Under the pieces are notes generated by a model. The model searched no databases. It was not told the DNA's origin and saw only the letters and a list, made by a program, of their open reading frames with translations. This document shows positions 7,977 through 15,464 of a stretch of DNA of 24,000 nucleotides, in pieces (position 1 is the first letter of the stretch; the number at the start of each line of letters is the position of its first letter). This DNA comes from an uncultured Armatimonadia bacterium (GTDB taxonomy: Bacteria > Armatimonadota > Zipacnadia > CAVVLO01), in the NCBI GenBank assembly GCA_963749155.1, contig CAVVLO010000005.1, positions 69,622 through 93,621 on the forward strand. The letters are read 5' to 3'. Both the position numbers and the translations under genes were made by a program.

Positions 7977-8969
7977 ATGAAGATCCTGCTTGTTGGTGTT
8001 GGGCCAATGGGCTCGGTATGGCGTAATGTAATTGAGCAATACCCTACCGCCGAGGCCGTTGGTTATGTCGATCTGGATGAAGGCGCGCTTAAGCGTTTGC
8101 AGGAGGAACACGGGGTTGCTTCTTCTGCGCTTTTTACTGATCTGGCTACTGCCCTTGCCAGCACGCAGGCTGATGTCGGCCTTATCGCTACTCCGCCTGC
8201 CATCCACAGAGCCAATGCCGAAGCGCTACTCGCCGCAGGACTCGATGTCATCACCGAGAAACCTCTTGCAGGCAACTGGGAAGACGCTCTGGCGATTGCC
8301 GAAGCTGCTCGCACAAGTGGGAAGCTGATGATGGTCGCGCAAAATTATCGCTTCCGGCCTGGTTGTCGCAAGGTGCATGCCTTGCTTGCCGAAAATATAA
8401 TCGGCGACCTCGGCTATGTGGGAGTGGAGTTCCATAAGGCGGCAGACTTCGGCCCAGAAAATTTCCGTACCTTGATGGAGTACCCGCTGCTGATAGATAT
8501 GTCTATCCACCATTTTGATCTGTTGCGTTATATGACGGGCACCAATGTGATCGAAGTCCAGGCGGACAGCTTCCGCCCCAGTTGGAGTTGGTACAAGCAC
8601 GAGCCAGGCCTTGTGATGTCGATGAAACTGTCAAGCGACCTCATCGCAAGCTACCTGGGTTGCTGGGCTGCTCCTGGAGATGAGACCTCCTGGGATGGTC
8701 GCTGGCGGTTCCAGGGAGAGCGCGGTACGCTGTTATGGAACGAACATGGCATCAATGTGCAGTATGCCGATGGTTCTGCGCGCAAGTTTGAGCCTGATCC
8801 AATGCCCTATACTGATCAGGCTTATGTGCTCTATGAGTTTGAAAAAGCCAGAGCCGAGGGACGCCAGCCCGAGACCAGCGTAGAAGACAACCTTCATAGC
8901 CTGGAGATTGAGTTCATGGCACTTGAGTCTATAAACCAGGGTGGGCGAATCCGCTCGAAACTGGTCTAG
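7977..8969 (+). CDS. Gfo/Idh/MocA-family NAD(P)-dependent oxidoreductase
   Basis: RBS GGAGGAG lies at 7965-7971. The Rossmann N-terminus is MKILLVGVGPMGSVW, and the family EKP motif appears as VITEKPLA. Confidence 0.9.
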   Translation: MKILLVGVGPMGSVWRNVIEQYPTAEAVGYVDLDEGALKRLQEEHGVASSALFTDLATALASTQADVGLIATPPAIHRANAEALLAAGLDVITEKPLAGNWEDALAIAEAARTSGKLMMVAQNYRFRPGCRKVHALLAENIIGDLGYVGVEFHKAADFGPENFRTLMEYPLLIDMSIHHFDLLRYMTGTNVIEVQADSFRPSWSWYKHEPGLVMSMKLSSDLIASYLGCWAAPGDETSWDGRWRFQGERGTLLWNEHGINVQYADGSARKFEPDPMPYTDQAYVLYEFEKARAEGRQPETSVEDNLHSLEIEFMALESINQGGRIRSKLV

Positions 8970-8979
8970 TTTGATAACC

Positions 8980-8997
8980 GCGGCGCAAGAGCGCCGC
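8980..8997. repeat. GC hairpin (GCGGCGC-AAGA-GCGCCGC), copy 1 of a two-copy intergenic hairpin element
   Basis: Perfect 7-bp stem in the spacer between the oxidoreductase gene and cinA. The 13-mer ATAACCGCGGCGC (8974-8986) is identical to 12627-12639. Confidence 0.55.
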
Positions 8998-9013
8998 CAG
9001 GAGAACGACGCAA

Positions 9014-10291
9014 GTGGTTGCCGAAATCCTTTCAGTTGGGACCGAGTTGCTTCTCGGTCAGATAGTGGATACAAATGCTGCTTTTCTTTCCCAGCGGTTA
9101 GCCCAGCTTGGGGTGAATCTCTATACCCGTACCACGGTAGGAGATAACCAGGGGCGGCTTGTTGAGTTGCTGCGCAAAGCAACCGAGCGCAGCGATCTGG
9201 TGATTCTCACCGGAGGCATTGGCCCAACGCCCGATGACATCACTAGAGAGGCCTTGGCAGAACTTGCCGGCGTGTCTCTGGTCGAGTGGCCCGAGCTCCG
9301 CGCTCGGCTTGAGGAGTTTTTTGTGAAGCGCGGACGTCCGATGACCAACATCAATCTCAAACAGGCAACGCTTCCTGTAGGCGCTGAGCCGTTGGAGAAC
9401 CCGATGGGTACCGCGCCGGGCATCTGGATGCGCTACGGGCGGGCTTTCCTCGCCAGTATGCCAGGGGTGCCGCATGAGATGGAAGCGATGTTCGAGCGCC
9501 AGGTCGTGCCTCGGCTGCAACGCGAACTCGGAGAGGCGCTTCTGCCAGTCTACGCGCGCACTTTGCGCTTCTGCGGGGTGGGGGAGAGCGCCCTGGTTAC
9601 TCAGCTTGAGGACGTTATCGAGGGCCAGACCAATCCTACTCTGGGCACAATGGCTGGCAGTGGCGAGGTGAAGCTGCGGATTGCCGCTCAGGCCACCTCG
9701 TCGGCCGAGGCAGAAGCTTTGCTGCGCCCAGTACTCGACGAAGTCACTTCCCGGATGGGCACTCACCTTTGTGGCTATGATGACCTCTCACTTGAGCAAG
9801 TATTGCTCCACCGTTTGGAAGCACTGCAACTTACTCTGGCTGTAGCCGAGAGCTGCACTGGCGGCCAGCTTGCCAAACGGCTGACCGATGTGCCAGGCGC
9901 CTCGAAGACTTTCCTGGGTGGGGTTATCTGTTACAGCAACCAGTCCAAACAGGAGCTGCTTGGAGTGAGCGAAGCCTCGCTTCGAGAGCAGGGCGCCGTC
10001 AGCGAGCAGGTCGCGCGTGAACTGGCCGCAGGTGTGGCAGAGCGGCTGCATGCCGACCTTGCGATTGGCATAACGGGGATTGCTGGCCCTGAGGGAGGCA
10101 CTCCCGACAAGCCGGTAGGTACGGTCTGGCTAGGCTATAGTTTTCAGGGAGAGGTGTCAGCCCAGCAATTCCTGTTCCATGGAGACCGCTGGATGGTGCG
10201 TATGTGGGCGGTGCAGCAGGCACTGGCGGGACTTTGGGAAAAGCTTGGCGCGCAGCTTGTAATCCCGCCGCTTGGGGCGAGTGACAGCTAG
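9014..10291 (+). CDS. cinA: CinA: competence/damage-inducible protein A (MoCF-like domain plus PncC-type nicotinamide-nucleotide amidohydrolase domain)
   Basis: GTG start with AGGAGAA upstream. The N-terminus is AEILSVGTELLLGQIVDTNAAFL and the C-terminal domain carries LAVAESCTGGQLAKRLTDVPGAS. It lies immediately upstream of thpR and recA. Confidence 0.9.
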   Translation: MVAEILSVGTELLLGQIVDTNAAFLSQRLAQLGVNLYTRTTVGDNQGRLVELLRKATERSDLVILTGGIGPTPDDITREALAELAGVSLVEWPELRARLEEFFVKRGRPMTNINLKQATLPVGAEPLENPMGTAPGIWMRYGRAFLASMPGVPHEMEAMFERQVVPRLQRELGEALLPVYARTLRFCGVGESALVTQLEDVIEGQTNPTLGTMAGSGEVKLRIAAQATSSAEAEALLRPVLDEVTSRMGTHLCGYDDLSLEQVLLHRLEALQLTLAVAESCTGGQLAKRLTDVPGASKTFLGGVICYSNQSKQELLGVSEASLREQGAVSEQVARELAAGVAERLHADLAIGITGIAGPEGGTPDKPVGTVWLGYSFQGEVSAQQFLFHGDRWMVRMWAVQQALAGLWEKLGAQLVIPPLGASDS

Positions 10292-10862
10292 ATGGCGGGC
10301 GCTGTTGGAAGATTTTTCCTTGCCGCGCCACTTCCCCAGTCGCTGAAGAATTATCTGGCCCAGTTACAGCAAACAGTTCGCAGCCAATTGAGTCAGCCTT
10401 TGCGCTGGGTGAAACCTGAGGGGATGCATCTGACCCTCAAGTTTATCGGAGATTTCGAGAGAGCGCGGCTCAAGGAGCTGGAAGAGGCTCTGAGCGCTTG
10501 GACTGGCTGGCAAACCGACCTTGTCGCTTGCTCTCACCAGACTTGGAGCTTTTCCTGATGCGCGCAAGGCGCGAGTGCTTTGGGTGGGCCTCGAGGGCGA
10601 TATCGGGCCGCTTGCCGACTTGGCTGTTACCTGTGATGAGCTAACAGCCAAACTCGGAGTTGCGCCAGAACAAAAAAAATTTAGTCCCCATCTAACACTT
10701 GCACGGGCTGCTGGCCAGGAATTTGCATATCTGGAAGAGTTGGTCGCCAAAGTGCAAGTGGAGCCACTAGCTTTTCCAGTGGCCGAGGTGCAACTGATAG
10801 AGAGTCAGTTGCGTCCAGGAGGCTCGCTCTACAAGCTAGTATGTGACTTTCCTCTGGGGTAG
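10292..10862 (+). pseudogene. thpR: RNA 2',3'-cyclic phosphodiesterase ThpR/LigT (2H family), split by a one-nucleotide frameshift
   Basis: Two adjacent ORFs (10292-10558 and 10521-10862) each carry one of the two HxTx motifs: HLTLKF and HLTLAR. Joined near 10494-10523 they give a normal ~190-aa ThpR (..LSAW..KPTLSLALTRLGAFP..ARVLWVGL..). Confidence 0.8.
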
Positions 10863-10910
10863 CGGAGCTACTCCCCAGCAGTATAGAATATAAACTGGAG
10901 GGTTCCACGG

Positions 10911-12008
10911 ATGACGGATAAACCAGAACGTGATAGCGATGCCAAGCGCCAGAAAGCGCTTGAGTTGGCAATGACGCAGATAGAAAGGCAGTATGGCAAG
11001 GGCAGCGTAATGAGACTTGGTGAGAAGCCCAAAGCCAGCGATGTGCCGGTCATCCCGACTGGTTCGCTTGCGCTGGACATCGCCATCGGGGTTGGGGGAT
11101 ATCCCCGGGGTCGTATTATCGAGATCTTCGGCCAGGAGTCCTCTGGTAAAACCACCCTGGGCCTGCACGCGCTTGCCGAAGCTCAAAAACTGGGCGGCGT
11201 CGCAGCGATGATTGACGCCGAGCACGCGCTCGATCCCGAGTATGCCCAGCGCATCGGGCTTGATGTGGACAACCTGCTTATATCTCAGCCCGACACGGGG
11301 GAGCAGGCTCTTGAAATCACTGAGGCGCTCATCCGCAGTGGCGCGGTAGACGTCATCGTGGTGGACTCCGTGGCCGCTCTTGTGCCTCGGGCCGAGATAG
11401 ATGGCGAGATGGGCGATGCCCATGTAGGCCTGCAGGCAAGGCTGATGTCTCAGGCGCTTCGCAAGCTCGCTTCAGCCGTTGCCAAAGCCGGTACAGTCGT
11501 CATCTTCCTCAACCAGATTCGCGAAAAAGTTGGCGTCATGTTTGGCAATCCCGAGACAACGCCAGGTGGGCGCGCGCTCAAGTTCTGGTCTTCTTTGCGT
11601 CTTGAGATGCGCCGGCGCGAGGTTTTGAAGAAGAACAATGAAACAATCGGTATCAGAGCGCGTGTAAAAGTGGTAAAAAATAAAGTGGCGCCACCTTTTA
11701 AAGAGGCCGAGTTCGATATTCTGTTTGGGACTGGAGTCTCTCGCGAAGGTGACGTGGTAGACCTGGGCACCGAGTTTGGCCTGATTGAGAAGTCCGGCAC
11801 CTGGTTCTCTTTCGGGAGCGAAAGGCTTGGGCAGGGGCGCGAGAACGCCAAAGAGTATCTGGCGGAGCACCCAGACCTGACTGCTGAGCTGGAGATTAAG
11901 ATCCGCCAGCAAGCGGCAGAGGCCCGAGTCCGGCTCTACGGAGCGCCCTCTTCCGGAGAGGGCAGTGAGGATGACGAACTCATGCCAGAGACCGAGCTGG
12001 AAGAGTAA
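10911..12008 (+). CDS. recA: Recombinase RecA
   Basis: Unmistakable RecA sequence: Walker [62 protein letters not shown] lies at 10896-10901. Confidence 0.98.
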   Translation: MTDKPERDSDAKRQKALELAMTQIERQYGKGSVMRLGEKPKASDVPVIPTGSLALDIAIGVGGYPRGRIIEIFGQESSGKTTLGLHALAEAQKLGGVAAMIDAEHALDPEYAQRIGLDVDNLLISQPDTGEQALEITEALIRSGAVDVIVVDSVAALVPRAEIDGEMGDAHVGLQARLMSQALRKLASAVAKAGTVVIFLNQIREKVGVMFGNPETTPGGRALKFWSSLRLEMRRREVLKKNNETIGIRARVKVVKNKVAPPFKEAEFDILFGTGVSREGDVVDLGTEFGLIEKSGTWFSFGSERLGQGRENAKEYLAEHPDLTAELEIKIRQQAAEARVRLYGAPSSGEGSEDDELMPETELEE

Positions 12009-12050
12009 ACCCGACTCTGTTCCGCCTTGGACGGTGGATTTTCCTATATA

Positions 12051-12551
12051 ATGAGGAAATCAGGATCAATCAAACCTGATCCACCGAACCGGTCCGCATA
12101 TGGGCGCGCTGTGAAATTGCTTGCTCGTTCGCCCAGGACCGAGAGAGAACTTGAAAATCGATTAGCTAAAGAAGGCTTTGAGCAAACAGACATCAGGGAG
12201 GCGATGCAGAAGCTCAAGCATCAGAGCTGGCTGGATGACAGGCAGCTTGCCCAAAGTTGGCTTGAGATTCGAGCCGCGTCCAGTCCCGTTGGCCCAGCCT
12301 GGGCCAGGGGCTATCTGGGGCAGAGAGGAGTGCCTGCTGAGACTGCAAACGAAGTCATCAGCGCCTTCTACGAAGAGCACCCAGAGCTCGAATCGGCCTT
12401 GAAACTGGCCGCCAGCTGGTTCAGGACGCATCCTGAGGGAACTCGGGAGCAATTACTAAGGTTCCTTGCAAGGCGAGGCTTCTCTACAGGAGCCTGTCTT
12501 GATGCCGTGGAAGCCTTCTCAGACAGGCAGGGTTTTCACGAAGCCATGTAG
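12051..12551 (+). CDS. recX: Recombination regulator RecX
   Basis: Lies directly downstream of recA. The RecX-type helical repeats are AVKLLARSPRTERELENRLAKEGF..IREAMQKLKHQSWLDDRQLAQSW. The start is ATG 12051 or in-frame TTG 12027. Confidence 0.85.
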   Translation: MRKSGSIKPDPPNRSAYGRAVKLLARSPRTERELENRLAKEGFEQTDIREAMQKLKHQSWLDDRQLAQSWLEIRAASSPVGPAWARGYLGQRGVPAETANEVISAFYEEHPELESALKLAASWFRTHPEGTREQLLRFLARRGFSTGACLDAVEAFSDRQGFHEAM

Positions 12552-12565
12552 GCGATAAAGCAAGA

Positions 12566-12728
12566 GGACGTGCACGAAACATCGGCCTGTTTCTCATAGA
12601 GGGAGTAACTCACCTGAAAGGCGAGTATAACCGCGGCGCCTCGCGCGCCGCTCGAATAGAGAATTACCCCATACGAGGAACGATGTTTCGTTCACGCCCC
12701 CAGAGTACTAACTACTCTTGGAGGTGAG
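12566..12728 (+). promoter_or_regulatory. Candidate structured 5' leader of rny: a long-range helix enclosing two hairpins, followed by a hairpin next to the SD
   Basis: Helix 12566-12584/12681-12699 pairs at 17 of 19 positions. Inner hairpins lie at 12608-12626 and 12633-12651, and a further hairpin at 12702-12718 sits next to the SD at 12721-12728. The fold was done by eye only and I recognised no known family. Confidence 0.4.
12633..12651. repeat. GC hairpin (GCGGCGC-CTCGC-GCGCCGC), copy 2 of the two-copy intergenic hairpin element
   Basis: Same 7-bp stem and same 13-nt 5' context (ATAACCGCGGCGC) as the copy at 8974-8997. It is embedded in the recX-rny structured spacer. Confidence 0.55.
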
Positions 12729-12734
12729 AACGAA

Positions 12735-14288
12735 ATGGGAGAACTAAACAACGTTGCTGTTGCAGCCCTTACACTGGCTGCGGCGGCAGCGCTTTTGCTG
12801 GCCTTCATTATGATGGCGCGCGCTCAGTATGAGCGTAAAGATGTCGCCAGGCAGCGCGAGCTTGCTGATGAAAACCTTTCCAAAGCCAAGGAAGAAGCCG
12901 AACGCCTCAAGCGCCAGGCTATTGTTGAGGGCCGCGAAGAGGTCTTGAAGCTCCGCGAGGATGCCGAGGCCGAATTAAAACAACAACGCCAGGAAGCCCA
13001 GCGCTCAGAGCGCAGGATAGAACAGCGCGAAGAGGGACTGGAGAGGCGTCTTACCCAGATCGATTCCAGGGAGAAGGATCTAGTAGAGCGCGAACAGCGC
13101 CTGCAGGACCGTCATCAGGAATTGGACGCACTGCTTGAGCGTCAGCGGCAGGAACTGGAACGAGTTTCAGGGCTCTCGGCCGACCAGGCCAGGGAGATGC
13201 TTCTGAAGCAGGTCCAGGATGATGTTCAGCACGAAACCGCAAAGCTTATCAAAGACGCCGAAGAAGACTACAAGCAGCGCAGCGACCAACTGGCTCGCGA
13301 GATAATCACTCAGGGTATCCAGCGTTGCGCCGTTGACCACGTAGTAGAGACCACTGTTTCGACTGTCGCTCTTCCCAGTGATGATATGAAGGGCCGTATC
13401 GTCGGCCGCGAGGGTCGTAATATCCGGGCCTTCGAGAATATCACCGGCGTAGACCTCATCGTGGACGACACCCCCGAAGCGGTTGTGCTGTCCAGTTTCG
13501 ATCCCATCCGGCGCGAGGTGGCTCGTGTCTCACTCGAGCGACTTGTCAGCGATGGGCGCATCCACCCGGGACGTATCGAGTCGGTAGTTGAGAAAGCTCG
13601 TACCGAGATGGAGCAGAAGATACGCGAAGCTGGAGACAGGGCCACTTTCGATGTCGGAGTCTCAGGACTTCATCCCGAGCTGGTGCGGATGCTCGGTCGA
13701 CTCAAGTATCGCACTTCATACGGGCAGAACGCCCTGCAGCACTCAATCGAAGTTGCTCATCTCTCGGCGATTATGGCCGCTGAGCTGGACGCCAAAGTCC
13801 ACATCGCGAAGCGCGCGGGTTTGCTGCATGACCTGGGCAAGGCTGTCGACTTCGAGAGCGAAGGGCCTCATGCCCAGCTTGGCGCAGAACTGGCTCAGCG
13901 CTACAAGGAATCTCCCGAGGTTGTGCATGGCATTGCAGCTCACCATGCCGAGGTGGAAATCCAGACCGTCGAAGCCGCCCTCGTGCAGGCCGCGGATGCC
14001 ATTTCCGCCGCCAGGCCAGGCGCCAGGCGCGAGAGCCTCGAGTCATATGTCAAACGTCTGGAGAAGCTGGAACACATCGCCGACCAGACCCCTGGCGTCG
14101 ACAAAGCTTTCGCCATCCAGGCAGGCCGAGAGGTACGGATCCTTGTGAAACCCGAGCAGGTGGATGACGTGCTGGTTGCCAAACTGGCCCGGGACATCGC
14201 CAGCCGTATCGAAGAAGAACTGGATTATCCAGGTCAGATCCGTGTCACTGTTATCAGAGAGACGCGCGTTGTGGAGTATGCCAAGTGA
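12735..14288 (+). CDS. rny: Ribonuclease Y
   Basis: The protein has an N-terminal TM helix, a long charged coiled coil, the KH motif [15 protein letters not shown] and the HD domain (HSIEVAHL...GLLHDLGK). RBS is GGAGGTGA. Confidence 0.97.
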   Translation: MGELNNVAVAALTLAAAAALLLAFIMMARAQYERKDVARQRELADENLSKAKEEAERLKRQAIVEGREEVLKLREDAEAELKQQRQEAQRSERRIEQREEGLERRLTQIDSREKDLVEREQRLQDRHQELDALLERQRQELERVSGLSADQAREMLLKQVQDDVQHETAKLIKDAEEDYKQRSDQLAREIITQGIQRCAVDHVVETTVSTVALPSDDMKGRIVGREGRNIRAFENITGVDLIVDDTPEAVVLSSFDPIRREVARVSLERLVSDGRIHPGRIESVVEKARTEMEQKIREAGDRATFDVGVSGLHPELVRMLGRLKYRTSYGQNALQHSIEVAHLSAIMAAELDAKVHIAKRAGLLHDLGKAVDFESEGPHAQLGAELAQRYKESPEVVHGIAAHHAEVEIQTVEAALVQAADAISAARPGARRESLESYVKRLEKLEHIADQTPGVDKAFAIQAGREVRILVKPEQVDDVLVAKLARDIASRIEEELDYPGQIRVTVIRETRVVEYAK

Positions 14289-15070
14289 GGTTGCTCTTCC
14301 TGGGCGATATCATCGGGCGGCCCGGTCGCAAGGCCGTGGCCGCCCGGCTTGGCGACCTTGTCGAGGCTCAGTCTATCGACTTCGTAATCGCCAATGCCGA
14401 GAATGCCTCTGGCGGGCTTGGGCTTATGCCCGAGGCGGCCCAGGATCTGCTGAACTGTGGTATAGATGTCCTCACCACTGGCAACCACGTGTGGGCCAAG
14501 CGTCAGCTTTACCCTCTGCTCGATCAGGAGCCTCGTTTGCTGCGCCCTCACAACTACCCGCCGGGCAATCCTGGGCGTGGTGTTGGAGTGTTCCGGACTG
14601 CCTCCGGGCAGCCTGTGGGAGTAATCAATTTGCTCGGTCGTACCTTCATGGAACCGCTTGAGTCGCCTTTTACCGCGGTGGAAGGGCTTATTGAAGGTTT
14701 ACGCGCCGAGGGATGTGGTACAATTATTCTTGACTTCCATGCGGAAGCGACCAGTGAGAAACAAGCAATGGGTTGGCTGCTCGATGGTAAAGTGACTGCC
14801 GTGCTGGGTACTCACACCCATGTGCAGACCAACGATGCTCGATTGCTTGAAGCAGGCACCGCCTATGTCACTGATGTCGGGCTATGTGGGCCACGCGATT
14901 CAGTTCTGGGACTGACGCGCGAACCCATATTACAGCGGTTCCTGTTACAGACACCCCAGCGTTTTGAAGTAGCGAAAGGACCAGTAATACTCTGTGGCGC
15001 AGTTATAGAAGCTGACGAGGGAACGGGCAAAGCCACCAGCGTAACTCTGGTGCAGGAATTGGTCGAGTAG
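14285..15070 (+). CDS. ymdB: YmdB-type metallophosphoesterase (2',3'-cyclic-nucleotide 2'-phosphodiesterase family)
   Basis: The GTG start overlaps the rny stop (GTGA). The N-terminus is [15 protein letters not shown], followed by [16 protein letters not shown] and [10 protein letters not shown]. The position between rny and spoVS matches Bacillus. Confidence 0.9.
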   Translation: MRLLFLGDIIGRPGRKAVAARLGDLVEAQSIDFVIANAENASGGLGLMPEAAQDLLNCGIDVLTTGNHVWAKRQLYPLLDQEPRLLRPHNYPPGNPGRGVGVFRTASGQPVGVINLLGRTFMEPLESPFTAVEGLIEGLRAEGCGTIILDFHAEATSEKQAMGWLLDGKVTAVLGTHTHVQTNDARLLEAGTAYVTDVGLCGPRDSVLGLTREPILQRFLLQTPQRFEVAKGPVILCGAVIEADEGTGKATSVTLVQELVE

Positions 15071-15125
15071 TCCTGCACTATGCCAGGTAACGAAGGCCCT
15101 ACCGTCCAACTCGGGGTGAACAACT

Positions 15126-15392
15126 ATGCAGCAACTACGAGTCTCGACCCATTCGAAGCCTAACGCTGTCGCAGGCGCCCTGGCCGGCGCAATCAGGGAG
15201 ACCGGCCGAGCCGAGCTCCAGACCATTGGGGCTGGCGCGCTCAACCAGGCCATCAAGGCAATCGCCATCGCGCGCGGTTTTCTTGCCCCTTCGGGAATAG
15301 AGCTGGTCTGTATCCCCTCCTTTGTCGATATCACTGTCGACGACCAGGAACGGACCGCCATCAAACTAATTGTAGAACCCCGCAACACTTAG
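15126..15392 (+). CDS. spoVS: Stage V sporulation protein S family protein
   Basis: An 88-aa protein: LRVSTHSKPNAVAGALAGAIRETGRAELQTIGAGALNQAIKAIAIARGF. It has the typical SpoVS length and sequence. Confidence 0.92.
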   Translation: MQQLRVSTHSKPNAVAGALAGAIRETGRAELQTIGAGALNQAIKAIAIARGFLAPSGIELVCIPSFVDITVDDQERTAIKLIVEPRNT

Positions 15393-15420
15393 CCACGTCT
15401 TATTGCGCCGGGCATTACTT

Positions 15421-15451
15421 CGCCTCGCCCTTCAAGGGCGAGGCGCTTTAT
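15421..15451 (+). terminator. Stem-loop after spoVS (possible weak or partial intrinsic terminator)
   Basis: Perfect 10-bp GC-rich stem CGCCTCGCCC/GGGCGAGGCG with loop TTCAA. The tail is only CTTTAT, a poor U-tract. The SD of the next gene starts 2 nt after this tail, so read-through or a processing role is equally possible. Confidence 0.5.
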
Positions 15452-15464
15452 CCGGAGGCTCAGT

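Noticed and set aside
12009-12050. A possible terminator after recA (UCCGCC-UUGGAC-GGUGGA followed by UUUU) and a TATATAAT directly before the recX ATG.
   Set aside because: The stem is only 6 bp and includes a G-U pair. The TATAAT abuts the start codon and so cannot serve recX as a -10 element. The evidence is too weak to call either feature.
12552-12734. The recX-rny spacer considered as a tRNA, 6S RNA, SRP RNA or known riboswitch such as c-di-GMP-I.
   Set aside because: I saw no T-loop or anticodon-arm geometry, no GEMM-type ACGCAAAGC core and no SRP domain IV motif. The element is also shorter than a typical 6S RNA. I kept it only as an unclassified structured leader candidate.
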